A stretch of 63,483 nucleotides of DNA, counting the filler, from Octopus bimaculoides (taxonomy: Eukaryota): assembly GCF_001194135.2 (NCBI RefSeq). It is 3 parts of 3 records of this genome, joined end to end, with 100 filler letters (N's around TTAATTAATTAA, not from the genome) between each part and the next. Parts side by side here need not be neighbours in the genome. Positions count along the whole stretch, not along the records: positions 1 to 24,033 come from NC_068999.1; positions 24,134 to 53,771 come from NC_068996.1; 1 more part is not named here. One strand, given 5' to 3'. This document shows positions 12,849 to 24,383 of the stretch, one piece after another. A model generated the notes under the pieces. It made no database searches. It was not told where the DNA came from and saw only the letters and a list, made by a program, of their open reading frames with translations. A program made the position numbers and the translations under genes. Numbering within the stretch: the stretch's first letter is position 1; every line of letters begins with the position of its first letter.

Positions 12849-14604
12849 ATCATCATCAGCATCGTGTAACATCCGTTTTCCACGCTGGCATTGGTTGGAT
12901 GGTTCGACTGGGGTCTGGGAAGCCAGGAGGCTGCACCAGACTCCAGTCTGATCTGGCAGTGTTTCTACAGCTGGATGCCCTTCCTAACACCAACCACTCT
13001 AAGAGTGTAGTGGGTGCTTTTTACGTGCCACTGGCACAGTGACCAGATGAGGCTGGCAACAACCATGATTGGTTGGTGCTTTTTACGTGCCACTGGTACG
13101 GAAGCCAGTCAAGGCGGCGCTGGCATCGGCCATATTCAGATGGTGCTTTTTACATGCCACCAGCACAGGGATCACAACTACAATTTCCATTTGATTTTGA
13201 TGTACTTGACTCAATAGGTCTCCTCAAGCACAGCATGTTGCCCTACAATCCATGGTACTTTTGAGTGGGTTGGTTATGCGACACTGGTGTAGGTTACAGC
13301 TGTGAATTCACTTTATTTGCCGGATCTTCTCAGTCACAGCATATCTCCAGAGGTCTTGGTCTTTCTTCATTGCCTCTGTGAGGCCCAACGTTCGAAGGTA
13401 ATGCTTCACCACCTCATCCCATGTCTTCATGGGTCTCCCTCTACTCTGGATTCCTTCCACTGTTTGGGAGTGGCACTTCTTCACACAGGTCTCCTCATCC
13501 ATCCATAGTACATGACCATACCAACGCAAACGTCTCTCTCACACGCCACATCTGATGCTTCTTATGTCCAACATTTCTCTCAGGGCGCTTACACTGTCGT
13601 GTGTGCACACTGACATTACACATCCAGTGGATCATGCTAGCTTCATTTCTTTTGAGCCTACGCATGTCATCAGCAGTCACGCCCATGTTTCACTGCCGTG
13701 AAGCATGGCAGTTTGCACACATGCATCATACAATCTACCTTTCACTCTGAGCAAGAGGACCTTTATCACCAGGAGGGGTAGAAGCTTTCTGAACTTTGCC
13801 CATGCTATTCTTATTCTAGTGGTAACACTCTCTGAGCATCCACCTCTACTACAGACTTGGTCACCTAGGTAGCAGAAGCTATCAACTACTTCTAGTTTCT
13901 CCCTCTGGTATGTGATGGAGTCTGTTTTCTAAGCATCTGTGGTGTTTATTGCCCCTGTGCATCTGCCACACACAAAAGTTATCTTCCCGGTTAATCTTCC
14001 TTTGATGTTGCTGCACCTCTTATGTGTCAATAGCTTACACTGGGTACATCTTATGGAGTTTCTACCTACACCTTTTCTACAGATCGAGCAGGGCCACCTA
14101 CCTGAAGGTGTGTGTGATGTGTTTACCTTCCTACTTACTAGAACTTTGGTCTTTGCAACATTGACTCTAAGGTCATTTGATTCTAAACCTTGTTCCCACA
14201 CCTGAAACTTCTTCTCTAGTTCAGATTCTGCTATGAGGGCCAGATCATCAACATAGAGGAGTTCCCAGGGGCAACCTGTCTTGAATTGCTCTGTTATTGC
14301 CTGGAGGACTATGATGAATAAAAGGGGACTGAGGTTATGCATGGGCTGGTTATGCTACACTGGTGTAGGTTACAGCTGTGAATTCACTTTATTTGCCGGG
14401 TCTTCTCAGTCACAGCATATCTCCAGAGAATTCTACCCGGAATTCTTCACTGTACTCAATGCCAACCCTAACCTTACTAACAGTATCTCTGTATAGGGCC
14501 TGTACAGCCCTTATTAACCATTTGTCAATCCCCAGTTTCCGCATCGCTCACCAGATAAGGGATCGGGGGACCCTCTCAAAGGCTTTCTCCAAGTCCACAA
14601 ATAC
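12849..14604 (-). mobile_element. 5'-truncated RTE LINE with 3' UTR and (GAT)n tail
   Basis: Minus translation includes 'VFVDLEKAFERVP', 'LSPLLFIIVLQAI', 'ELLYVDDLAL' and 'RWYGHVLWM'. The tail appears as (ATC)n on the plus strand at 12849. Confidence 0.9.
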
Positions 14605-14700
14605 CATCAATGAGAAGCTAATGAGATCAATTGTTAAAAGACTGATATCATTAGATAACATATGAGATCAAGCACAAGGATATCAATAGAAACTAATGAG

Positions 14701-14872
14701 GCGCAGGAGTGGCTGTGTGGTAAGTAGCTTGATTACCAACTGCATGGTTCTGGGTTCAGTCCCACTGCGTGGCACCTTGGGCAAGTGTCTTCTACTATAG
14801 CTTCTGGCCGACCAAAGCCTTGTGAGTAGATTTGGTAGACGGAAATTGAAAGAAGCCCATCGTATTTATGTA
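14701..14872 (+). mobile_element. tRNA-derived SINE family A, 5' part
   Basis: A-box-like TGGCTGTGTGG and B-box-like GGTTCAGTCCC; same head as the adjacent copy. Confidence 0.85.
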
Positions 14873-14877
14873 CATAG

Positions 14878-15335
14878 GCACAGGAGTGGCTGTGTGGTAA
14901 GTAGCTTGCCTACCAACCACATGGTTCTGGGTTCAGTCCCACTGCATGACACCTTGGGCACGTGTCTTCTTCTATAGCTTCAGGCCGACCAAAGCCTTGT
15001 GAGTGGATTTGGTAGACAGAAACTGAAAGAAGCCCATCGTATATATGTTTATANNNNNNNNNNNNNNNNNNNNNNNNNNNNNNNNNNNNNNNNNNNNNNN
15101 NNNNNNNNNNNNNNATATATATATATTTGTGTGTCTGTGTTTGTCCCCCCAACATCGCTTGACAACCGATGCTGGTGTGTTTACGTCCCCGTAACTTAGC
15201 GGTTCAGCAAAAGAGACCGATAGAATAAGTACTAGGCTTACAAAGAATAAGTCCTGGGGTCGATTTGCTCGACTAAAGGCAGTGCTCCAGCATGGCCACA
15301 GTCACATGACTGAAACAAGTAAAAGAGTAAAAGAG
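14878..15335 (+). mobile_element. tRNA-derived SINE family A, full length with internal microsatellite/gap
   Basis: Pol III A/B boxes, the body 'aagagaccgatagaataagtactaggc' and the tail 'aaaagagtaaaagag'. More than 10 related copies are in the window. Confidence 0.9.
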
Positions 15336-16803
15336 ATCCTTGTGCAATGAGGTACATTTTAGCTTTCTCCCATAATAGCAGATATTTGCTGGCAAATTCA
15401 CTACTCTTCCATACATCATGTTTAGCATTTTTGAATAAACTTTAGGCTCACTCATCACACTGCAAATCAATAAGTTCCTCTTATAAATCAATTTCAGCAT
15501 CAGCAGCCTTTACCTCAAATGGAATTTGCATCCAGACTGGGATGTTCAGTTCTAGTAAGTCTTTAAAACAAACTTACATGTGCTGGTGAATTTTTTTAAA
15601 TGATCGGCATATTCGATACAATCATCATCTTTTAAATCACTGCTAACTGAAGCAAGGGCTGGAAACTGTCCAAACTCATGGCAGGGGATGATAGTATTGT
15701 ACAATTTAAGTTTTCCCAGGAAGGCAACAATAGCTTTCTTGCTATTTAAATTACAATGGTATCCTTGCAACAGTTTATTAAGAGAATTAAATTTTTCAAA
15801 TACATCCAAGAGGTGAAATATGTCTGTTTTCGTTGCAACCAACTGTTCTCCAATCTCTGTTTCGCTTAGAAATGCTACAAGACTGTCCCAAAGAGCAACA
15901 AAATGATGAAGTCAATAGCCTTTAGACAATCATCGCACCTCTGTATGCAGTACAAGACAGTCAAATCTTTCTTCATTTTCATCACAAAATTTTCAGAAGA
16001 GATGATCTTTAAGAGCATTAGCCTTAATAAAATTCACAGCCTTTATTACAAAAGTTAAGGCTTCATGAAGACATCCACTTAATCTCTTCGCCACCAGATG
16101 TTGGCGGTGTATGACGCAATGTATGTTACATACTTTTGGCAATATATTTTTCAAATGAGCAGTAAACCTTCTGTACCTACTGACCATGGAAAAGGCTCCA
16201 TCTATATGACAAGTAATTAAATTGTCGAGTGGAATATTTTTTCTGTAAAAAATGACTGTACTTCTTTGAATATCATTTCACCTTTGGTATCTGTTATAAG
16301 GGTTCTTGCAAAAAGCAGTTCCTCGCCGAGTTGATTATCACCCATAAATCTGACATATGCTAATAGAAGTGCTTCATTTCCCATCAAAGTTGATTTGTCA
16401 AGTTGCATTGCAAACCGTTTCACGCGTAATTGCAATAAGTTGGTTTTCTATATCTTCAGCCATTTCATCAATACGCCACAATACTGTGTTATTGCTCAAA
16501 GAAGTTTATCGCTAATTTCACGTGTATTTTTGTTTAACATTGTTGAAATCAGAACTGATATCCAAGACAATATGACAGATTCACCAATGTTATGTGGCAT
16601 TCCAGCCTTTGCAATTATTTTACTAATTTCATATGATGCTAATAAACTGCTATATTTATTGCTTGTTTGTTTACTAAATATATCATCCAACTTGTTTCTC
16701 CTGCTCTAAAACAACAAGAATCCCTTGAATTGCATTGATCTCAAAAAATTTGGAAAGCCCCAGAAAGGCTTGATCTATAAATTTTTTTTGAAGTTGGGGT
16801 GTA

Positions 16804-16859
16804 TGTTACATAAATTGTGCTATGATTTCAGTGATTTCCCAGGGCATGCGCATTTGATG

Positions 16860-16894
<35 letters not shown>

Positions 16895-17026
16895 CATTTT
16901 GTGGCATTTTGAATAACATACGTTTAGTTGAGAATATTGTGGATAGTGCTATATAACACTTTACCATTTTGGACTATGATTGGGAATTAGTTTCTTTGAG
17001 CCAGGAATTACTGGTCGTTTATAACA
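16804..17026 (+). repeat. 3' LTR of the Gypsy element
   Basis: TGTTA...TAACA inverted termini, preceded by 'gaagttggggtgta' (PPT-like). Confidence 0.85.
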
Positions 17027-17478
17027 AGTGGTTTAGCAATTGAGCCCTTCCATGGCATCCAGTTTTATGGAGTTCAAAACAAATATTTTTTGTTGACATG
17101 GGGATAGCAAGGTAATGGTTCAGGTATGCTGTCACTTTTGTTGCTGTTGTTCTATAGTTTTTTGCTATAATATATTTCACTATTCTGCAGTCTTTCTCTC
17201 TGAACTTTACCTTCCATCCAGAATTATGCTTTCCAGAGCTTGTTTCACCTTGCTTTTGGAATGCCAATATAATTTCAGAGACTATACCTCTTGAAGCATT
17301 AAACAATTCAATAGTTTTGGTGATGGAAGCTCCAACTGTATGTGCACCACCAATTTGTCCTTTTTGAAAGTTAGATAGCTTATACACTTACATAAATATC
17401 TATGTAAATATCTACAAAAAACAAAAAAGAAATACAGAGGACCATATCATGGAGCACAAGGCATACATAATGCATATG

Positions 17479-17511
<33 letters not shown>

Positions 17512-17584
17512 ATGAATTTGTTGTATTGTCAGAAAACAGTATTTAAATAAAAGGTGGTGTTTCCAATATTTCATTCAAATCTTG
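17027..17584 (-). mobile_element. Tc1-like transposon, 5' half (paired-like HTH region and TIR)
   Basis: ORF 17019-17387 'LSNFQKGQIGGAHTVGASITKT...RTTATKVTAYLN'. TIR-like GGTGTTTCCAATATTTCATTCAAATCTTG ends at 17584. Confidence 0.85.
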
Positions 17585-17836
17585 TGTGTGTGTGTTATAT
17601 GTACATGTGCATATTATATGTGTGTACAGCTATAAGAAATTACAAAAGAAAATGCTGAAGATGAAGGGGTTATTTTGCATATGTGTGTGAATAAAAGGCT
17701 GAATTTAAAAGTTGCATCTCATTTTCTTTAGATTGTTGAAATTTTGTTAGCGGGTAAATTTAGATTAAAAATGTAATATTAAATAACTAAATACTGCTCA
17801 AATATTTTATTTTTCTCTGCTTATTTTTAGTTTCAG

Positions 17837-17943
17837 TTGGATCTAAGAAGAAAAAGCTTGCAAAAGTGCAATTTGAATACATTCCTGAAGCAGAAGATGA
17901 ACTGGAGCTTCATATTGGAGATGTTCTAGAAGTGTACCGTGAG
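17837..17943 (+). CDS. CD2AP: Internal coding exon, N-terminal half of an SH3 domain; CD2AP/SH3KBP1 (CIN85, cindr)-like, probably the second SH3
   Basis: Pyrimidine-rich acceptor (tttttagtttcag) and donor GAG|GTTAGT; phase 1 to phase 0. The peptide GSKKKKLAKVQFEYIPEAEDELELHIGDVLEVYRE resembles CD2AP SH3-B as I recall it ([32 protein letters not shown]). The SH3 call is firm; the family call is less so. Confidence 0.75.
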
Positions 17944-18776
17944 GTTAGTTCTATAAACTTTTCTTGTTACATATTTCCCTATAATCCTTTCAGATCTCAC
18001 TCTGATATTATAAGAACCTATTTATCCAGTATTTCTTTAATCCTATTCTAATTTTAAAATTTCTTTTTGACACAAGCACACTGCTATTGCACAGCATCTT
18101 TTGAGTATTCTAAATTTTATTTTTGTTTGAAAATAATCTTCATTCAAATACCATTTATTTCTTTTTTTTTTTAATATGTCAGTCATTTGTTTCTCAATGC
18201 TTTTTTTAAAATAGAAGTTGCATGTTTATTCAGTTACTCTGACTTAAAAATTGGTTCATTTTTGACTAAAACATCATTCAATTTCTAATACTTTTGCTGT
18301 CATTACACCTGCAACAAGCTGAGGCTTGTGAATCTATCTCAGTTGATGCATCCTTAGATTTTTTAAATATGTAAGTGAAATAAATATATTTCATTACTCA
18401 AGTCTTTCACATGCCACTATTGCTTTTGCGTCTACATTATTTACACTGGTTAGGTTTATTTGCTCTGATCCATCACTACACCCCACATTCCTGTTTTAGT
18501 GGGTCTAGTCATTAAATGGTTGTTTGGTAGTGCACAATATTAGGTAGGATGTGTGTGAAGGTGAGAATAGCCACACTAATATTTTCAAAAGTTTCTATAT
18601 TTTTTTTAATTTGCATTAGCATATGTACAACAATTATTTGAATGAAACAACTTGTAAGAGTTAAGTTTTCATCGCATAAAATATTTCAATTATTTATTCA
18701 AAAATTGTTATGGTTATTAAAGGCAAAGTTCTACATGACACCTGAGGTTGTTCTGTTCAAAAGTTCAATATCCCAG

Positions 18777-19135
18777 GTACAGGAGTGGCTTTGTGGTAAG
18801 TAGATTGCTTAACAACCACATGGTTTCGGGTTCAGTCCCACTGCGTGGCACCTTGGACAAGTGTCAAGGCTGACTAAAGCCTTATGAGTGGATTTGGTAG
18901 ACGGAAACTGAAAGAAGCCCATAGTATATATGTATATGTGTTTGTGTGTCTGTGTTTGTCCTCTCACCATCGCTTAACAACTGATGTTGATGTGTTTACA
19001 TCCCCGTAACTTAGCAGTTCAGCACAAAAGACCAACAGAATAAGTACTAGGCTTACAAAAGAATAAGTCATGGGGTCGATTCATTCGACTAAAAGTATGG
19101 CTGCAGTCAAATGACTGAAACAAATAGAATAAAAA
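18777..19135 (+). mobile_element. SINE family A
   Basis: Head, body and tail match 14878-15335, with small deletions. Confidence 0.85.
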
Positions 19136-19499
19136 AAGACTTAAAGAATCCCAGGTTTATATAACTTTCAGTCAAGCTTCAGCAGAACTAATTGGTGGGA
19201 ATATTCACAAAACTCACTTTCAAGGCTATTGCTTATTTGGTTACACACCAGTCAGCTGAATTGATTGACTCATATTCATGTAGGTGTTAATGCCTTTCTG
19301 GTGACACAGTAAATTTGTCATAGCAGACCTTAGCCTTTTATGGCAATATATTAAGGCCATGCTTATAAACTGGGGATTTGAGCAAGCTGATTTGAAACTC
19401 AGCTGAACCCTTACTATGAATTTGTTATAAAACAAACAGAACACGGTAATTTATAAACATGTAGCAAAAAGAATTTGCATTTCGAACACAGACAAATAT

Positions 19500-20720
19500 A
19501 ACATTATGTTGGCATAAAGCCACCTCATCCCTCCACATTTAACCATATGGGCTTTTCTCTTTCTTTCCTGATCATATCTATCTTACAACTTACTTGACAA
19601 CCTTGTTCTCTTGCAGTTGCCCTACCAGAAATATAGCATCAGTGGTGCTTCTGCCAGGCACAAAACCAAACTACATCTCATCTAGGCTAACTCCCTCCCT
19701 AATTAGTTAGGCTATGACCCTCTCTGTAACTTTCATCACCTGATCCAGCAATTTGATACCCCTGTAGTTATTTCTATCTAAAGCATCACCTTTCCCCTTG
19801 TGCAGTTGACTATGGTGCTGCTACACTAATCATTGGGTATGACTCCTTCATGAACTACCTGATTTACGATGCAGGTGACAAGACCATAACTCACACCACC
19901 CGATATTTTAAGCATCTCAGCGGTGATTCTTGGTGGTCCAGGTGCTTTCCCTGTCTTGATATCATAAATTGCTGTATCTACCAGAGTACTGTCAATTCGG
20001 GTAGCTGATCCCTCAATTGTGTCAACCTTTAGTGGACTCTCCTCCCATTTATTCAGCAGTCTTTCATAATGGCATCTCCAAGCCGCTTTCTTTGCAGAAT
20101 CATTAAATGCAAGTGAGCCATCATCCTTGCAGACACATTTCTCTCCTATGACATCACAGTTTTTTTCTCACACACTCTTGCAATCTGAAATACTTCAGTT
20201 GTTTGGTCCTCATGTCACTGAACATTGGCAAACTTTTTCTTTTCTGCTCCTTCCTTACCTATATATACCTGTCTCCTATCTTCCCTTTTGAATATCTGAT
20301 TCAGTCCCCTGCTACCCCCACTCTTCCAGGCCTGTTTCTTTGCTCTAATGGCCTTGTCTACAGTATTGTTCCACCACCATGTTACCCTAGATCTGGAAGG
20401 GACTTTGCACTAGCCACAAATTTGGTCTGTTGCGCTCAGCAAGCTGTCTCACAGGAATTCGCAGCTGCCTTCTATGTCACAAGACTCTAGTTCCTCCTTC
20501 CTCTCATCAAATTTCTCGGTCAGGAAATCCCTAAATCTCTGACCATGTGAAGGGTTCTTCAGCTTTCAAGTCCTTTTCCAGATTGGTCTGCTTTTTGGCA
20601 TGCTTCTGGCCTCGAGTCTAAAATCACTAACAACTAGTCTATGTTAAGGGGTACATTCTTTAAGAGCAACCATGCATCCCGCTGTCTGATAAGAATGAAG
20701 TCAATCTGGCTAGCAGTCAC
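19500..20720 (-). mobile_element. RTE LINE fragment (end of APE endonuclease to RT N-terminus)
   Basis: Minus translation includes 'QIDFILIR', 'RAPGPPRITAEMLK', 'GKGDALDRNNYRGIKLLDQVMKV' and 'FVPGRSTTDAIF'. Confidence 0.85.
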
Positions 20721-21298
20721 CTGATTGATAGGTTATCAGATGGATGGCTGGCTTCCTGAAGCTCTAAAATGTGGGAATGAAGGCCCCTATTGGGGGTAGG
20801 TGTGTTAATGTCAATCAGAGAAGTTGAATTGTTGGGAATGTTTTTAACTTGGGTCTTATATTATGCCTGTATATATGTGAGGGTATAGTTTCACTTTGAT
20901 AGTTTCAGTATGAAATTGAAAGCATTTAAGTGAAAGTATCTGACATTACAGTAGCGACATGTTATTGTTTCACTTTTGACACGTAATACTGAAATAGTGG
21001 AGGAGATATGATATTGCTGTGGTCTCGAACTATGCAAGAAGTTAAAAATTCTTTTGGCCTAAGACACTACATGGACCCTAAGTAAGGCATGTGTAAATTT
21101 GGAATGAAATTGGTTGTGTAGNNNNNNNNNNNNNNNNNNNNNNNNNNNNNNNNNNNNNNNNNNNNNNNNNNNNNNNNNNNNNNNNNNNNNNNNNNNNNNN
21201 NNNNNNNNNNNNNNNNNNNNNNNNNNNNNNNNNNNNNNNNNNNNNNNNNNNNNNNNNNNNNNNNNNNNNNNNNNNNNNNNNNNNNNNNNNNNNNNNNN

Positions 21299-21668
21299 AA
21301 ACAATATTCCTTGTTTTTCCTTGTGGAGCATATGCAAATAGGTTTGTTTTGCTTCCCACTCTTGAGCAGCCAACATACAGTTGTCCATGTGAGAAGCAGG
21401 GCTCTTCCAAGAGAAGACCAACCACAGAGAGGGTTTGACCCTGAGATTTGTTAATGGACATGGCAAAAGTGACACGAAGGGGGAATTGCAGTCTTCTGAA
21501 CGTAAAAGGAATGTCTGCTCCTGGTGGAGTAAGAGGAATTCTTGGAATAAAGATGTCATCACCTTTTCCACATCCAGAAAGAATGGGAGCCTCGATAACA
21601 TGTGACATCATCTTCTTTATTCGAATTTCATCAAATTGCATATGAGGGTTCTTTCCTTCTTTACACAC
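21299..21668 (-). mobile_element. Helitron/PIF1-like helicase C-terminal fragment
   Basis: 'IFIPRIPLTP..RRLQFPLRVTFAMSINKSQGQTL..CFSHGQLYVGCSRV' (PIF1 motifs V-VI). Confidence 0.85.
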
Positions 21669-23104
21669 CCTAAAAAAATTCTAATCATGACACATGTATC
21701 CCATATGACTGATATTTATGTGCACATACCAAAATTCCAGTATTATGGACCCTGTAAAAAGGATTTTGCTCCTGAAAATGGAGCTAATGGAGCTGAAAAA
21801 TGTGGGAGTTAAGGCCCTTATTGGGGATGGGGGTGTTAATGTCAACCAGAGAAGTTGAATTGTTAGGAATCTTTTTAACTTGGGTCTTATATGTATTGTT
21901 TGAATTTCTTTGAAATAGGAAATATATGTATGTTCACTGGGTTTGTAAAAGAGAGCAAAGCTACAGGAAACCAAAAGACGAATGATCACGATAATCAGTC
22001 AGCTACCCTAGCCTAGTCGTTACTACTGCCCAATGTAGGATTCGTCACCATACAGGTGACAGGCACAGCTGTAAGATGCATTACGGATCTATAGCAATTG
22101 GAAGGGCATGACCCAATTGAAATAACAACATGTGACATTTTGAGTAAAGGGTAATGAAAGTGTCGCCTCTGGAGTTTGTAAATGACCACTATACCGATAG
22201 GTAACTGGGCAGAAAAAATTTACAATCAATAAATGTCTTAGAACAACCAGTCACTCATCTGGGAAGGCCTTGAAATCAATGTTACCAACTGGGAACTATG
22301 TGTGTCCCGGTGATAATAAAAAGACTCAAAGGAGGTCTACAATGAAATAATTTTACTCAGCACTTTGCAAGTGAATCAGTGGAGGCAAAGATGCGTTTCA
22401 TTTACTTGACAATCTACGCACCACATTACAGCAATCACAATGTAAGTATATCTGAAAGGATAGTCTTACACTTTTGTACCGTTGAATTACAAATAATGCT
22501 CATCTGTTATGTTCAGGTAACCCTATAGCTTCCAATAGTACAACTGTATTCGTCTTTGCTTAGGAAAAATGACTAAATTGTGGGTGTGAAGTGCCCATGA
22601 AGGGGTCTTTGTAACTTCTAACAAGAAGAAAATTTAGAAATATTACTTTATTTGTGTGTAATATGAATGGTTAAAATTTCATCAACATCAAAAATATATG
22701 AATTTTGATGGGGGTTATGGCTGTTATGCATAGAATATAATTTCCAAATTTCATAAAGATCCATTCAGTACTTTTGACGTAGTTTTAGATTTTAAAAGAA
22801 TGACTAATGTGTGTGTTTTTGTGTGCATGTGTATGTGTGTATATATGTATAGATATCTGCATGCATATATATATATATGTGTACATATTGCATGTACATC
22901 TATATATATATATACATCTACAGATATGTATACATATACATTTATGCATATAGATCTATTTCCTGAGCGTCCAATAATACTATCCATATCACGTCCTCAC
23001 CTTGTTGGTTTTTTGGTTTTTTGTTATTGTTTTTTTGAACTATATATATATATATATATATCTATACATATACGTGTACATATACATCTATATGTATACA
23101 TATA

Positions 23105-23139
<35 letters not shown>

Positions 23140-23249
23140 ATATATATATATATATATATATACAACTCTATATATATATATATATACATGTATATGGATA
23201 CATTTGTACAGATATATATATATGCATGTATGTATGTATATATGTATGT

Positions 23250-24033
23250 ATGCCTGGAGGTCACAAATAATAGACTGAAGAACCTTTGAATTTGCAGCAA
23301 ATCGGTGAAGATTAAAGAGGCACCCAGAAGATCAATATCTGCCATATATTCCCAGGGAGCTAACCTTAGCGAAAGCATGGGTAAAAGCAGCAGCAAAGTA
23401 CAAAGAAAAGAGAGTTGGGGCAAGGATGTCACCCTGCTTGACACCATTCTCTACAGGAATGAGTCCTGCCATGCCACCACCAACATTGACCCAAGCCTCC
23501 ATCCCATCATGAAATGATTTAATTATAGATACAAAGTGATCTGGACATCCAAGTTTGCCGAGTATTTTCAATAGAAAGGCCCTATTTTCAGTATCAAAGG
23601 CCTTTATTTTAAATCAATGAATACCTGGACAAGATCCATATTCTGCTCATAGCACTTCTCCTGCATCTGTCTTGCTGTGAAAATCATATCCATTGTACCT
23701 CTACCAGATCGGAAGCCACATTGAGATTCAGATAGGACATCACTTACGAGACACCCATTCAGACGGGTAAGAAGAATATTTGCCAGGACCTTGCCAGCAG
23801 CTGATGCCTCTGTAGTTACCACACATTGTTCTGGCTCCTTTTCCTTTATATAGAGGAAGAATAATTGCATCCTTCCAGTCCTTAGGGATTGCACCATCCC
23901 TCCAGGCTGCACTAATAAGTTCATAAAGGGACTGTGTGATGTAATTACCACCAAATCGCAAGACCTCAGCACAAATTCCGTCCTTTCCAGGTGCCCTACC
24001 AAGATTCAATTTACTTATTGATGTCATTACTTC
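23250..24033 (-). mobile_element. RTE-BovB-like LINE RT fragment, cut at the scaffold join
   Basis: 'RAPGKDGICAE', 'CGNYRGIS', 'ESQCGFRSGRGTMDMIFTARQMQEKC', 'FIDLK' and '[17 protein letters not shown]'. Confidence 0.9.
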
Positions 24034-24133
24034 NNNNNNNNNNNNNNNNNNNNNNNNNNNNNNNNNNNNNNNNNNNNTTAATTAATTAANNNNNNNNNNN
24101 NNNNNNNNNNNNNNNNNNNNNNNNNNNNNNNNN
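24034..24133. other. Artificial 100-bp scaffold-joining spacer (44 N + TTAATTAATTAA + 44 N)
   Basis: Symmetric N counts around a 12-mer with stops in all six frames. An identical spacer is at 53772-53871. Confidence 0.95.
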
Positions 24134-24383
24134 ATAATAAAAAAATATTCAGACAAATACATAACAAAAACACCAGGACTTACAAATATATATAACATAC
24201 AGAAAATTGCACTACTGGGTACTGCACACATTCTACGCAAAACACTTTCAATACAGTAAACATAAGAGCACCACAGCAAACCACAGCACATACCCAAGGC
24301 GCACAGAGCTGCGCTCGGTAGTGAAGTGAAAGCACGTTATAAAAATAAAACTACTGAATAATAATAATAATAATAATAATAAT
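24134..24383 (+). mobile_element. 3' end of an R4/Dong-clade LINE followed by (AAT)n
   Basis: 'NIQKIALLGTAHILRKTLSIQ*', then a short 3' UTR and (AAT)n. Confidence 0.8.

Larger units (their letters stand above)
12553..16703 (-). mobile_element. hAT (Buster/Charlie-type) transposon, 5'-deleted, carrying nested RTE and SINE insertions
   Basis: TIR CAGGGGTTCCCAACC at 12553. The 8-bp duplication CTCTAAAA (nnnTAnnn) is at 12545-12552 and 16704-16711. Transposase remnants at 15336-16700 include 'LLASYEISKIIAKAGMPHNIGE', 'MQLDKST', 'HCVIHRQHLVAK' and 'HTEVRWLSKG'. Confidence 0.9.
8943..17026 (+). mobile_element. Gypsy/Ty3 LTR retrotransposon with two LTRs, decayed gag-pol, interrupted by a hAT element
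   Basis: Gag starts 'MERYLKPDRLHAD' at 9237. Domains in Gypsy order: protease 'ALIDSGST', RT 'STIDLRSAYYQIP' and 'FIDNL', RNase H 'DALDFAISAILNQ', integrase 'HSDRGTAF'. Pol ends 'KAPERLDL*', followed by a purine-rich tract and the 3' LTR. Flanks are AGTGA and AGTGG. Confidence 0.9.

Noticed and set aside
22000-22560. Higher-complexity, coding-looking stretch
   Set aside because: The frames I translated contain stops and no recognisable motif; probably an old TE.
24078-24089. TTAATTAATTAA palindrome as a biological site
   Set aside because: It is centred in 44+44 N and repeated at 53816-53827, so it is an assembly linker.
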